From a virus, in the IMG/VR virus record IMGVR_UViG_3300045988_143356: DNA of 64,000 nt; one strand, given 5' to 3'. Under the pieces are notes generated by a model. That model saw only the letters and a program-made list of their open reading frames with translations, made no database searches and was not told the origin of the DNA. Below, one piece after another: positions 8,519-18,333 of this stretch. Every line of letters begins with the position of its first letter. The first letter of the stretch is position 1. A program made the position numbers and the translations under genes.

Positions 8519-8872
8519 ATGGACAACGTAATCAAAGGAAGAGTCGTCGCCGTTCCACCGATGGCGACGGGCGAGGGTCAGAGAGGCCCTTGGAAAAGGC
8601 AGACGGTGGTAATCGAGTTCCAGGACGGGCGCTATACAAGCAAGCTGGCCCTCGACAACAGTTTCAAGGCCGACGAGTTCGCCAAGCTGCGCCCCGGTCA
8701 GGTTGTGACGTGCCACTATGACGTGACAAGCCGTGAGTATAACGGAAGGTACTACCATACTGTGACATGCTTCGACTGGGAGGTTGAGGGCGCTCAGGTG
8801 GCGGCTCCCGCTAATGCGAATAACGCCCCTGCGACGGCAGCGCAGGACAAAGGCGACGGACTGCCGTTTTAG
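8519..8872 (+). CDS. DUF3127-like OB-fold protein with SSB-type C-terminal tail
   Basis: 117 aa. IKGRVVAVPPMATGEG..GPWKRQTVVIEFQDG...DVTSREYNGRYYHTV resembles DUF3127 (from memory). The tail ...DKGDGLPF resembles the SSB D-D-D-I-P-F tip. Confidence 0.55.
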   Translation: MDNVIKGRVVAVPPMATGEGQRGPWKRQTVVIEFQDGRYTSKLALDNSFKADEFAKLRPGQVVTCHYDVTSREYNGRYYHTVTCFDWEVEGAQVAAPANANNAPATAAQDKGDGLPF

Positions 8873-8930
8873 TGTTTAACCCAGCCTGGGTTAGACGTGT
8901 GTATGAACATATTTGAGTAAAGAAAAAAGA

Positions 8931-8960
8931 AGGGCCGCCGTGAGGCGTCCCTTTCTTTTT
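8931..8960. terminator. Bidirectional rho-independent terminator between convergent operons
   Basis: Hairpin AGGGCCGCC-GTGA-GGCGTCCCT (9-bp stem with one mismatch, GTGA loop). Flanked by an A-run upstream and TTCTTTTT downstream. Confidence 0.6.
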
Positions 8961-10491
8961 AGCTCTGAATCGACTTTCCCGAAGCGTTGTTGTCAACCGG
9001 CGTCTTTTTCGGATTGGTCCCTTCCGTGACCGCCGTTGTGTTGTACTTTGCGGGGATTGAACTTTTAATTTCTAATTCATACTCCCATTCCTTCTGAATA
9101 GTCTCGTAGTCGTCGATGTGCGCCGTGCCGAGGTCCTCCATGGCGGCCTCCCTTGACTTTATCCTTGCGTACACTTGGTCGCACTCGTTTTTGACCAGCT
9201 CAGAGACGTTCTGCGGAAGCCAGATGTTCTGCCCGACTGACACCTTGAGGCTCTCGTACCCGGCGATGTCGCCCTGAACCTTGCCGACAAGCGCCTTGAA
9301 GACGTTGACCATCTTCTTCACACCCTTGAAGAAGTACGGCCATGTGTTCTTGCACCACTGAATCTCCGGCGCGAAAAGAATCTTTATCGTCGTGCTGGAG
9401 TCCGATCCGGCCTTGAGGATGTCCGGCTCGACGAAGACCGACATTGTAGTCCTTACGATGTTGTTCCACAGCGTGTTGTGGTGTATGTCGGCGATGTTGC
9501 TCGCATCAGGCGGTGCGAGGAACTTGCCGTCGGCGTTCCGTAGGGAGTCGGCCGTGCCCTTCACGCCGATGGTCTTTCCCGCCATCTTGGAAGGCGGCAG
9601 GTTGACGATCTTCTCCGACTTCAGGAAGAGAATCGGAAAAGCGCTGTTTTTCAGCTCCTCGCCGAGGTACGAGCTTGCGTTCTCCAGTGACTCGATGCTG
9701 AGCTGCGCCGGTCCGGTAGGGATGTCGTCTATACGGAAATAAGTGCACTGGCATCTTCCGGCACCGGCCTGGTTCGCCTTGCGCAGTATCAGCGTGTAGC
9801 CGTCCTCGCTGCGCTCCCTCCCCAAAGTTTCCTCTTCCGGCAACTGCATCCATGTCTCCACGGACTCGCAAGTGAAGATGTCCACGGCGTCGCGGTTCTC
9901 GTACTTGTACTTCCTCGCCACGCACTCGTGACCCTCCGCGTCAAGGAAAGGGAACAGCGTCGAGCCTTCCTCGTAGCCGTACACCTCGTACTCTATGCCG
10001 TCCTCGGTCTGGTACAGATAGATGGCTCCGTCTCCGGTGCGGAACACGCTTTTGACAAGAGCCGTCCACGCCGCCTCCTTCAAGCCGGTCATATCCATCT
10101 GCGAGCGGAGCACCTCGAAGCGTTCCTTGTCTTTCGTCTCGTTGGCCATCCAGAAGCCGTCTGACGCGAAGTGCGAGATCTTCTTGCCGATGATGCACTC
10201 CTGCAAGCCAAGGGCGACCGTCTCTACGTCGTCGTAGCCGGTTATCCTCCACTTCGTCTTGCCGTTGGCGTCCTTCTCGTCCGTCGGGCCGTAGATGGCT
10301 CGCTTCGACATATACGGCGAGTTGATGTTGTGCGCCGCCGGGGAAATCTCGTTGAGGAAATCGTCCTGGGTCATGAGCACCTGGTCACAGCCCCTCCCCG
10401 GCTTCATGTTCTGTCCTGCGGCGGTGTCCATCGCCACACGTCTTGTCCACTGCTTCTTCTTCGCAGGGTTGATGTAACTTGATACGTTCAT
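8959..10491 (-). CDS. Portal protein
   Basis: 510 aa, immediately downstream of the large terminase (4-nt overlap). Size and position are typical. No motif is diagnostic by eye. Confidence 0.7.
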   Translation of the reverse strand: MNVSSYINPAKKKQWTRRVAMDTAAGQNMKPGRGCDQVLMTQDDFLNEISPAAHNINSPYMSKRAIYGPTDEKDANGKTKWRITGYDDVETVALGLQECIIGKKISHFASDGFWMANETKDKERFEVLRSQMDMTGLKEAAWTALVKSVFRTGDGAIYLYQTEDGIEYEVYGYEEGSTLFPFLDAEGHECVARKYKYENRDAVDIFTCESVETWMQLPEEETLGRERSEDGYTLILRKANQAGAGRCQCTYFRIDDIPTGPAQLSIESLENASSYLGEELKNSAFPILFLKSEKIVNLPPSKMAGKTIGVKGTADSLRNADGKFLAPPDASNIADIHHNTLWNNIVRTTMSVFVEPDILKAGSDSSTTIKILFAPEIQWCKNTWPYFFKGVKKMVNVFKALVGKVQGDIAGYESLKVSVGQNIWLPQNVSELVKNECDQVYARIKSREAAMEDLGTAHIDDYETIQKEWEYELEIKSSIPAKYNTTAVTEGTNPKKTPVDNNASGKSIQS

Positions 10492-12224
10492 ATCTTAATC
10501 CAAATTGCGTTTCTTCCGTTGCTGTCGTTGTAAAGTCCATAATACGCGTCATCCTCCACCTCCGGTGACGGCTGCTTCTTCGGACGGGCGTCAAGGTCTG
10601 GAAGCATACGAAGATACATAGTATCTACGAGGTTCGGCGAGGCGTGGAATTTGGCCTTGTATTCATCTTTCGTGCGGTAGTATATTTTCTTGTTTCGTTG
10701 CAATGTTCGGAAAGTCTCGATTTCATCGTAGAGGACGTCAATAAGCCGTCTTGTCTGCCCTTTCTTGCCGTATGGTATGACCATATTCAAGTCGAGCGTT
10801 GTCGATATTTTATTTGTTTTCAAGGCGACTTCCAGTTTTCCCATCAACTGCGAACGCAAGTTGAAGTATTGCTCGAACTCCACCTTGTTACCGCTTTCGT
10901 CGTATTCGGGGAGAGCCGTTTTGTTCGCTGTCACTGGCCAACCGTTTGTGTAAGCCTTCAAATAAAAACCTATTCCGGTTGCGTCAAAGATAAAATTATG
11001 TGTAGGTATCTCGTATTTCCGCAACATTCTGTCAATCCAATCCACAAGTTCCTTTGCGTCACCACGGAAGAACTCTATACCGATAATCGTGTGGCCTTTC
11101 CAAGCGATGAACGGGTTGTCATCGGAATTGACATTGCCGCCGGAAACGTCCATAGTTCCCCATCTGGTTTCGTCATCATCATAAGGGTTGGTCTGAATGT
11201 CCCGTATCATTTGTCTTGACACGTTCGTTGACTCATTCTCGATTTCGCCGAAATACGCCTCGGCAAGTACCGCTCTTTGCTTGCCGCCGACATTGTGTAG
11301 ATTCGCCACTGACTGTCCCTTTGTGGAGGCCACAAGTTTTCTGTTGTCCGCGGCCGTTCCGGTGATGAGCTGAAAAGACTTGACCATATCGGTCTCTTTC
11401 AATCCGGCTCGTCTGTCAGCGTCACTGATATGAATATCGGCGGCTTGGGCGACCTCTTCTTTAGTATCTCCCCAAATGACTGATTCTGGAGTATCTCCTT
11501 TTATATAGAAATACCGGATTTTCCCTTGCATTTCCGGCTTGATATACCAAGTTGTCGTGTCAATGTACCCACCACAGACAAGAAAATCGGTAGTCCAGTG
11601 CGAATGACTTGGGTTAAAGGTGCAAAGGAATTGTGGTATCACGCCAGAGTTGTCTCTGTTTCTGGAAAATATATAACTGAACATTCTGAAACTTGATACC
11701 GCGGAAAGCTCGTCGATTGCCATACGGCTACTTTGTACCTTCTTAATCGCCTCGATGAAATCGTCCCATTGTGAATCCGGATTGTAGTTCATACCTATCA
11801 TCTGGAAGGAATTATTCCATTCAGGCCAAAAGAATGTAGGTGTTTCGCTTGCCGTCACTTCGCAGTCAGAGAACTGTCCCAAAGTTAGCAAAGCGTCACG
11901 GAACATACTCGATCCTTTGGCGGAATCCATTTTGCGGACATTGATAAGTTTCGCCGTATAATTGGGTATGCCGATCCCCTTTAAGAAACTCAAAAACAAT
12001 GCGAAACTCTTCCCGCTCGTAGCTTGACCACAAGCAAATACGAGGTTCGCTTCTGAACGGACCACCGCCTCCTGCATCCCTACTTGTGGGCAAAAGTCCA
12101 CGCCGTCTCGTAGAACAAAACTGCCTATCTTATCAAATCCCTTGGACTTGATGGTAGGCAGTTCCCGGCTTATGTGTTCATATCTGTCTGGAAACTTTGC
12201 GTCTTTGTTTTTAAGTCTAAACAT
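10488..12224 (-). CDS. terL: Terminase large subunit
   Basis: 578 aa. Walker A-like CGQATSGKS and Walker B-like RMAIDEL. The C-terminal nuclease-sized domain precedes the portal gene. Confidence 0.8.
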   Translation of the reverse strand: MFRLKNKDAKFPDRYEHISRELPTIKSKGFDKIGSFVLRDGVDFCPQVGMQEAVVRSEANLVFACGQATSGKSFALFLSFLKGIGIPNYTAKLINVRKMDSAKGSSMFRDALLTLGQFSDCEVTASETPTFFWPEWNNSFQMIGMNYNPDSQWDDFIEAIKKVQSSRMAIDELSAVSSFRMFSYIFSRNRDNSGVIPQFLCTFNPSHSHWTTDFLVCGGYIDTTTWYIKPEMQGKIRYFYIKGDTPESVIWGDTKEEVAQAADIHISDADRRAGLKETDMVKSFQLITGTAADNRKLVASTKGQSVANLHNVGGKQRAVLAEAYFGEIENESTNVSRQMIRDIQTNPYDDDETRWGTMDVSGGNVNSDDNPFIAWKGHTIIGIEFFRGDAKELVDWIDRMLRKYEIPTHNFIFDATGIGFYLKAYTNGWPVTANKTALPEYDESGNKVEFEQYFNLRSQLMGKLEVALKTNKISTTLDLNMVIPYGKKGQTRRLIDVLYDEIETFRTLQRNKKIYYRTKDEYKAKFHASPNLVDTMYLRMLPDLDARPKKQPSPEVEDDAYYGLYNDSNGRNAIWIKI

Positions 12225-12411
12225 ACCGCAAAAATAGCAAATATTTCGGCGGTATTCATCTAATTATAAAAAGTCCCCGCAGTTTTCGGCAGAAGGGACC
12301 AGCAACCGCCTACTCACCACGGGGACGTAAATTTCTGACTGTTTTGGCAACTGGCCATTGCCGCCGAACAAAATATACATAAATTGTGCCAAACTTCGAG
12401 AAAATCCTTTT

Positions 12412-12419
12412 ATCTTTGC
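12412..12419 (+). promoter_or_regulatory. Putative -7 box TATCTTTG for the head/tail late operon
   Basis: TAnnTTTG match 16 nt upstream of ATG 12436, in the divergent terL/scaffold intergenic region. Confidence 0.5.
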
Positions 12420-12435
12420 ATAAAATGTTGGAAAT

Positions 12436-13134
12436 ATGTTAAAAGAACAGATTTTAGAGGCGCTCAAGACGAAGTACAAGGCATACGGATTGAGCAACGA
12501 CGCTCTTGACAGGATTGCGTCGCTTCGTGAAAAGACTGTCGAGAAAGCGGAGGACATCGAGGGAGCGGTTGCTGACGCGACCACGTTGGACTTGATCGCC
12601 AAGGAGATTCAGAGGCAGCGTGACCAGGCTATCCAGAAGAACAGCGAGTCGCAGCGTGCTTTTGAGGCTTACAAGGCGGCGCACCCGGAGCCTGACGCGG
12701 GGGGTGCGGGCGATAAGGATAAGGACAACGGCCAAGACATCGCGTCGATAGTCAAGGCCGCGGTAGACGAGGCCGTCGCTCCGCTCAACGAGAAGATCAC
12801 CGCTCTGGAGACCTCGAAATCAGCCGAGGCTGCCCTCAGCACGGCGCACTCTTCCTTCTTCAACGGCGACTACGCCAAGAAGTACAAGGACCAGGCGACC
12901 GACGCGTGGGAGCGCGCCGTGGAGCTGAACGAGGCAACGGGGAACAAGATGACGGCGGAGGAGCTTGCGGCGAAGGCTTCCGGCTACTTCAACAAGGCCG
13001 TCTCACGTCTTGGCGTGGACACGTCGAAGCCGTTCCAGGCCGACCCTCCGAAGAACGACGAGGAGGGCACGATTGACTGGAGCGCTGAGGTCGCCCGCAA
13101 GAAGGCGCAGGGCTTGATTCCCGACGGCAAGTAA
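12436..13134 (+). CDS. Putative scaffolding protein
   Basis: 232 aa, Ala/Glu/Lys-rich helical composition. First gene of the head operon, upstream of the capsid gene. Confidence 0.5.
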   Translation: MLKEQILEALKTKYKAYGLSNDALDRIASLREKTVEKAEDIEGAVADATTLDLIAKEIQRQRDQAIQKNSESQRAFEAYKAAHPEPDAGGAGDKDKDNGQDIASIVKAAVDEAVAPLNEKITALETSKSAEAALSTAHSSFFNGDYAKKYKDQATDAWERAVELNEATGNKMTAEELAAKASGYFNKAVSRLGVDTSKPFQADPPKNDEEGTIDWSAEVARKKAQGLIPDGK

Positions 13135-13159
13135 AATCAACCCATTAAAAGTTTAACAG

Positions 13160-13792
13160 ATGAGTAATTACGGAAACTACTATGGCGTTCCTGCCGACAA
13201 GAGCTACGAGTCGGGCGTTGTCCCGGTGTGGCTTGAGGTGAAGGAGCGCAAGGTCGCGGGTGGCACCGTTGACCTTACCAGGGTCGCTGCTGGGACACTT
13301 ATCCCTCTGGGAATCCCGGTATCGCTGAAGACCATGGGCGGCGAGGCGAAGTTCCTTGAGACATACACTGTCGAGGCAGCCGTCACTACCGTGGGGACGT
13401 CGCTGAAGATCAAGCCTCTCAACGGCATCGTTCCTAAGGCCGGTATGATTGTCGGCAAATGCGACGCCGACGGCAAGGCCGCAAAGGCTGTCGCTTTGAG
13501 CGGCACACCGTCTGTATCCAACGGTGTTTACACGTTCACTATCGCAGCCGGCGATCTTGGCGAGCTGTCCAAGGGCGACAAGCTCTACATTGTGTCCGAG
13601 GCGGGCGATAACAAGGTCGCTGTGCTTCCTGACGGTCTGTCTTGGAGACAGATTCATGTGGAGGCCGAAGGCGGCAAGGGCACCGTCGCCGTCGTGACCA
13701 AGGGTCAGATTCTCGGCGACCGCATCAGCGCGGTTCCTGACTTCTACAAGGCGGCTATGCCTGGAATCACTTTCGAGTACGAGACCGCTTAA
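13160..13792 (+). CDS. Putative head decoration/accessory protein
   Basis: 210 aa, beta-rich with Gly/Val/Thr. Lies between scaffold and major capsid. Antisense ORF 13145..14239 is rejected as a shadow. Confidence 0.35.
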   Translation: MSNYGNYYGVPADKSYESGVVPVWLEVKERKVAGGTVDLTRVAAGTLIPLGIPVSLKTMGGEAKFLETYTVEAAVTTVGTSLKIKPLNGIVPKAGMIVGKCDADGKAAKAVALSGTPSVSNGVYTFTIAAGDLGELSKGDKLYIVSEAGDNKVAVLPDGLSWRQIHVEAEGGKGTVAVVTKGQILGDRISAVPDFYKAAMPGITFEYETA

Positions 13793-13807
13793 AAAGGAGG
13801 GAATAAA

Positions 13808-15025
13808 ATGGCAAACAAGTACGCAAAAGGTTTCTACACCCTTATGTCGGAGGCGGGCATCCTGTCCTCCAAGAGTTTTGGACTCTACATCAACGATGTG
13901 GTCGGCTTCAACAACATCCAGAAGCTTGACCTTGACGGCTTCACCTGGGACGAGTATTCCTCCCTGACGTTCGACTTCAAGGATCTTGTCATGTCGAACC
14001 GCGTGAAGGTGATGGCCACCTATACGGACAAGGACTCCGAGGCTATTCCGTTCGGTACGGAGGGCTTCACAGAGACAAGCGGCGTGGTTCCTACCATGAA
14101 GGCCCGCTTCATCTGGGACTCCGACGACTACCGCAAGTACCTCGACGCTGTGCGCAACCTTGACTTCCAGAACAAGACCGCGAAGCAGTACGCCCTTGAC
14201 CTTCTCTTCAACGGAATCAAGGACATCCAGAGCGCCCACGAGCTTTCAATGACCTACCAGCGCGATCAGATAGTTTCCGGCAGGGAGCTGTCACTTGACG
14301 CGAACAACAATCCAAGGGGCATCAAGGGGCTCGTGTTCAAGTCAGCCGTTCCTAAGGCCAACGTGACCACCGTCGCCAAGGCGAAGAGATGGTTTAACAA
14401 CGCGACCGACAAGAACGCGACCACCGCGAACGCGGACGCTGATCCGGTAGGAGACATGAAGGCTGTTGTACGCGCCATGAAGCGCAAGGGCTACATGGAC
14501 ATCGTGGTCGAGGCCGACTACATCTCCTTCCTTGAGGACATGGATCATCCGAAGTGGCGCACCGCCATGGGTTACCAGATGCGCCCGGACCTCGTACTCG
14601 CCGCAAGCAACGACGCCAACGCCCTTGCAGTGGGCAACGCCGCCGGTGACGACGAGCTCGTGGCCCTCTTCGCTAAGATTATCGGCGTTCCTGCGGCCAA
14701 CGTGCATCTGCGCAAGGGTCTCGCCGGAGTCGAGGTTCTCGAAGGCAAGGGACCTGACGCCAAGCTCGTGAGGAAGACCCAGAGGACTTTCAAGGCGAAC
14801 ACCTATGTGTTCTATCCTGCCGGTCCTATCGGAACAATCAAGAGCACCTTGGCCCTCACGCCGGACGACAGCTTCATCTACGCCAAGTTCTTTGGCGACA
14901 GGGGACTTATCCAGTACGAGTTCGACGCCAAGGCGAGGACTCAGGACTGGTGGTCAGAGCTGAACGCGCTTTGCGTTCCTTCCCGTCCGCAGGAGATGTA
15001 CTATCTCATCACTTACACAGACTAA
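13808..15025 (+). CDS. Major capsid protein
   Basis: 405 aa. Position after scaffold/decoration and before connector genes. Size is typical of HK97-fold capsid proteins. Confidence 0.65.
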   Translation: MANKYAKGFYTLMSEAGILSSKSFGLYINDVVGFNNIQKLDLDGFTWDEYSSLTFDFKDLVMSNRVKVMATYTDKDSEAIPFGTEGFTETSGVVPTMKARFIWDSDDYRKYLDAVRNLDFQNKTAKQYALDLLFNGIKDIQSAHELSMTYQRDQIVSGRELSLDANNNPRGIKGLVFKSAVPKANVTTVAKAKRWFNNATDKNATTANADADPVGDMKAVVRAMKRKGYMDIVVEADYISFLEDMDHPKWRTAMGYQMRPDLVLAASNDANALAVGNAAGDDELVALFAKIIGVPAANVHLRKGLAGVEVLEGKGPDAKLVRKTQRTFKANTYVFYPAGPIGTIKSTLALTPDDSFIYAKFFGDRGLIQYEFDAKARTQDWWSELNALCVPSRPQEMYYLITYTD

Positions 15026-15040
15026 AAATAGTACCGAAGT

Positions 15041-15451
15041 ATGACTGTCGAAGAGTATCTGCGTAGTTTGGTGCCTGGCTTGGATTTGCCGGACACCGTT
15101 GTCGCCCGCGCGGCGAGAAGCCCCATCGAGGTTGGTCTTGACCGCCTTGATGTGGCTGAGGACATAGATTATGACTATGGCGGCGAGGACGAGGACGGAG
15201 ACGGCTTCCAGAAGCGCCTTGACTACGCCTCTTCGACAATCTACTATTCGGTGTTGGGGGTTTTCGCTGGCGGAGGCTACTCCGAGCAGGTCGGCGATGT
15301 CCGCGCCTCCAGAGGCGGTTACACCATCACGATGGCTGACCGCGCGAGGTTCAAGGCGATGGGCGACGCGCTCCGTTTGAAATGGGGCTGGGGCGTCGAG
15401 GAGGACGAGTCCTCCAGCGAAATGTATGACGCAAGGTATCAAAGGTTTTAG
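15041..15451 (+). CDS. Putative head-tail connector (gp6-like)
   Basis: 136 aa. The MTVEEYLRSL... start resembles gp6-like connector N-termini. Supported by gene order. Confidence 0.4.
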   Translation: MTVEEYLRSLVPGLDLPDTVVARAARSPIEVGLDRLDVAEDIDYDYGGEDEDGDGFQKRLDYASSTIYYSVLGVFAGGGYSEQVGDVRASRGGYTITMADRARFKAMGDALRLKWGWGVEEDESSSEMYDARYQRF

Positions 15452-15453
15452 TT

Positions 15454-15789
15454 ATGCGCCTGATTGATTTCCGCGACAAGTGCACCATAAGCCGTCTGAC
15501 CGGAAAGAAGGACGAGTGGGACAACCCGGAGCGTTCCGTGGTCTATTCGGGGCCGTGCCTCTACGAGGAGGGTGGCACCGGATATTCACGGTCAATCGTG
15601 ACGAGGGTCCCATCAGTCTATCTGCCGGGCAACGACGTTATGGTGATGATTAATGACTCCGTGTCGGTGACAACCGAGCACGGGCGTGAAATCAGCGCTG
15701 TCGTGGAGATTGTCAGGGACATTAATATGCCTTGGAGAGCCAATTTGAAGTGCACAAGGGTCGAGCTTAAACAAGCGCAGGGGGATTAG
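15454..15789 (+). CDS. Putative head closure / head-tail adaptor protein
   Basis: 111 aa. Called from gene order in the HK97/SPP1-like neck module. Confidence 0.4.
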   Translation: MRLIDFRDKCTISRLTGKKDEWDNPERSVVYSGPCLYEEGGTGYSRSIVTRVPSVYLPGNDVMVMINDSVSVTTEHGREISAVVEIVRDINMPWRANLKCTRVELKQAQGD

Positions 15790-15791
15790 TC

Positions 15792-16325
15792 ATGCCAAGG
15801 ACAAAGTGGAATACAACCGCGAGGCAGTTCCAGGAGGTGCTCAGAAATTCCGCAAAGGATTTCAATCGCCATGCTGAAAAGCTTATGGTCGAAGTTACGG
15901 AGGACTTCCTAAAGTACGTTAACAGTAACAGGGAATTGCTGCCGTACTACACCGGCAACCTGCATGACAGTATTGCCGCATACGTGTCGAAGAGCGGACG
16001 TGTCATCCGAGCGTGTTATATGCCGCAGGAGGCCACCAAGCCGCAGCACGTCACGAAGCTGACAGCGACGAAGACGCGCAAGGATAATGGCGATACCCGC
16101 TACAAGGAGATATGGGGCTACCGTGAGGCCATAAAGGCCGTGCGGAACAACAAGCCCCTGTCAAAGGGCATTGGCTCCACGCTTATCGTTGCGGTTCCCT
16201 ACGCTGGCGCCGCAAACGAGGATAGTTCAAAACCGGGATACATCGAGCAAATGCGTACCACTTTTAATGGTATGTTGACGGTACAAATGCTATTGATTGG
16301 ACAGCATAACTATAAAGCGAAATGA
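15792..16325 (+). CDS. HK97 gp10-like neck/tail component
   Basis: 177 aa. ...LLPYYTGNLHDSIAAYV matches the P..TG.L..SI signature of the gp10 family. Confidence 0.5.
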   Translation: MPRTKWNTTARQFQEVLRNSAKDFNRHAEKLMVEVTEDFLKYVNSNRELLPYYTGNLHDSIAAYVSKSGRVIRACYMPQEATKPQHVTKLTATKTRKDNGDTRYKEIWGYREAIKAVRNNKPLSKGIGSTLIVAVPYAGAANEDSSKPGYIEQMRTTFNGMLTVQMLLIGQHNYKAK

Positions 16326-16780
16326 GCATGATGCACGCATCCCACATAAACCCGGACACGGAGCTGAAAGCGCTGCTTGACGGCCAGATAACTGTGGGGA
16401 TGTCCGGCGGCAAGACGGAGAAGGTCACTGTTTATAGCGACTGGGAACGCCCTACCAACGGACTTCCGGCAGACTTCATAGTCATCTACGTGAACGGCAA
16501 TATCGAGGGCGTAGGCGCGAAAGTGGACTACGCTTCGGGCTATCTTCTTGTCAGTCTCTACTCCAAGCTGAATGACGACGGATCGGTCAAGGCCAACCGC
16601 GTCAAGAAGATTCTGGAGCAGTTCGACACGGTGGTGGAGGGAGCGTCAACAGAACATTACTTCTACCGCTACGACATGGACCGTTTCATCACTCCCACAT
16701 CGCCGAACCAGACTTCGGGCTATTCTGTGACAAGCCTCAATTTGAGGTGGCATACAAAAAACAACTTTAACAAGCAATAA
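16322..16780 (+). CDS. Putative tail completion/terminator protein
   Basis: 152 aa. 4-nt overlap with the previous gene. Immediately precedes the major tail protein. Confidence 0.4.
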   Translation: MSMMHASHINPDTELKALLDGQITVGMSGGKTEKVTVYSDWERPTNGLPADFIVIYVNGNIEGVGAKVDYASGYLLVSLYSKLNDDGSVKANRVKKILEQFDTVVEGASTEHYFYRYDMDRFITPTSPNQTSGYSVTSLNLRWHTKNNFNKQ

Positions 16781-16785
16781 TAACT

Positions 16786-17418
16786 ATGGCAGTAAAAAAT
16801 CTTGGAGGCTCACAGCAGCTTCTTGCCGGACAGGGCGACATCATTGTGTTCAGCGCTCCTACCGCCGGTTACACTTCCAGCACCACACTTGCCGACGTGC
16901 TGACCAACGGCGCGAGCCTTGGTCAGGTCGTGCAGGATTCAACCTCCTGGGACGGTGAGCAGGTGTCCTTCTCCCAGATACTTGATGAGCAGGGCGATGT
17001 CATCACCTCAAAGGCATCCAACGGAACCCATCAGGTATCCTTCGACCTTGCTGACCTTGAACCGGATTTCCTGGCCGCCTTCCTCGGCGCGGAGTCTGTC
17101 ACCGTTGCGGCTTCCGGCGCGTCGGCTGTGTTCAAGGATGGCACGGTGACCTGCTACGGCTTCGGTCACAAGCTTCCGGTCAAGGTGCGTCCACTTATGA
17201 TCACCAACGACGAAGGCAACAGGGCAATATTCTTCCCGAAGGCGAAGATGGCCGGTTCGCTCGCATGGTCAGACGGACTCTGGAGACTTCATATTGTCGC
17301 AACCGCCGAGTTCGTTGACGCCGCAGCGCTCAAGACGTGTATGATTCTGTCGTCAACAAGGGGCGTTGACTACGCCGACGGCAGCATCACCGCCGCGACT
17401 CTGGATGGCGGAGAGTAA
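16786..17418 (+). CDS. Major tail (tube) protein
   Basis: 210 aa. Followed by a strong terminator and then the chaperone and tape-measure genes. No sheath gene is present. Confidence 0.6.
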   Translation: MAVKNLGGSQQLLAGQGDIIVFSAPTAGYTSSTTLADVLTNGASLGQVVQDSTSWDGEQVSFSQILDEQGDVITSKASNGTHQVSFDLADLEPDFLAAFLGAESVTVAASGASAVFKDGTVTCYGFGHKLPVKVRPLMITNDEGNRAIFFPKAKMAGSLAWSDGLWRLHIVATAEFVDAAALKTCMILSSTRGVDYADGSITAATLDGGE

Positions 17419-17442
17419 TCTCTTGCGGTGAGTATGATTGCG

Positions 17443-17476
17443 GGGAACGGAATATAATGTTTCGTTCCCTTTTTTT
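17443..17476 (+). terminator. Rho-independent terminator/attenuator after the major tail gene
   Basis: GGGAACG (17443-17449) pairs with CGTTCCC (17463-17469), followed by T7. Confidence 0.65.
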
Positions 17477-17506
17477 GACGTTTTTAGGTTGAAATAGAAC
17501 AATATT

Positions 17507-18034
17507 ATGGAAAAATCAGACAAATTAATATCCGGCGAGTACGAGACCGTGATGCAGGCACCTTGCGTGGTTGAGGCCGGCGGCAGGAAATACAAGGTGC
17601 GTCAGGTGGCGCAGGCGGTCAAGGAGCGCATCGCGTTGCTTGAACAGGAGGCGCAGGTGCTTGAGGCGAAGGGCAAGATGGGCGTTGACAGCCGGCAGGC
17701 GAAGAGGCTGACAAGGAAGCTGTACTCGCTGCACTCGAAGAAGGCGGCGTATTACCTTCTGGGCAACTGGGCGATTTTCTGTCCGTGGCTCTGGGCGATA
17801 AAGTGGCGTATTTTGCAGCTCCGTGGCGACGAGGTTACATTCAGGATAAACGGGGCGGGGGCCGTGAGTGAGGACGTGGGTTTTTCCAAGGCCAACTGGC
17901 AGCTCTCAAGGCAGGAACGCGAACTGTTTATGAGGCCGGTTGGCGAAGTCGCCAAAGAAGCGCGCGAGCGGCTGGAGACAGTGATAAATATGTTGGAGAA
18001 GGACGGTTTGGGGATAAAAAAGGAAGACAGGTAG
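17507..18034 (+). CDS. Tail assembly chaperone (G-like)
   Basis: 175 aa, directly upstream of the tape measure. Ends 12 nt after an A_AAA_AAG slippery heptamer. Confidence 0.7.
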   Translation: MEKSDKLISGEYETVMQAPCVVEAGGRKYKVRQVAQAVKERIALLEQEAQVLEAKGKMGVDSRQAKRLTRKLYSLHSKKAAYYLLGNWAIFCPWLWAIKWRILQLRGDEVTFRINGAGAVSEDVGFSKANWQLSRQERELFMRPVGEVAKEARERLETVINMLEKDGLGIKKEDR

Positions 18035-18333
18035 GCTCTGCCTTCGAGTCCTCGACGCACAACGAGCGAATCAAGAACGTTTACGGCAACTTCGGTTTCT
18101 GGTCGTGGCTGCGCTATTGGTACCTTGACTCGGCGAACCTCGTGACGATGTGGCTGATAGACAAGGGATATTACGATTACGACTACGAGAAGGAGGGTAA
18201 GCTGATAACGGTGTCGGGAACTCGCAAGTCAAAGACTGATGTTAACAATATTCTTCGTAACTTTGGACTGCCTGTTGAAGGCGAGGATTTACAATCATAC
18301 ATAATCAAGGAGGAACAAAAAAATGGCTGTTGA
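17507..18333 (+). CDS. Tail assembly chaperone -1 frameshift product (GT-like)
   Basis: The -1 frame is open from before 17881 through 18333 (...KKGRQVGSAFESSTHNERIKNVYGNFGFWSW...). It ends 11 nt inside the tape-measure start. Confidence 0.6.
18016..18022 (+). promoter_or_regulatory. Programmed -1 ribosomal frameshift slippery site A_AAA_AAG
   Basis: Zero-frame codons are ata-aaa-aag (18014-18022). The heptamer is identical in form to the dnaX-type X_XXY_YYZ site. Confidence 0.65.

Noticed and set aside
12228-12235. A reverse-strand TATTTTTG box as the terL promoter.
   Set aside because: It ends only about 3 nt upstream of the terL ATG, so a transcript initiated about 7 nt downstream would start inside the coding sequence. 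The real promoter is probably further upstream in 12240-12410.
12264-12602. A 112-aa minus-strand ORF in the terL/scaffold divergent region.
   Set aside because: It overlaps the scaffold gene start and the promoter region. It has hydrophobic low-complexity sequence and no coupling to terL.
13145-14239. A 364-aa ORF antisense to the decoration and capsid genes. Similar long antisense or alternative-frame ORFs include 2125..2814, 3436..4194, 8102..8758, 25704..26486, 37469..38374, 42369..43049, 45610..46188, 47060..47674, 55132..55782, 63344..63880 and 33..608.
   Set aside because: They lie opposite or out of frame to ORFs with recognisable motifs or sensible composition. Their translations are Arg/Gly/Pro/His-rich low-complexity sequence, which is typical of stop-codon-poor shadow frames in 55-60 % GC DNA.
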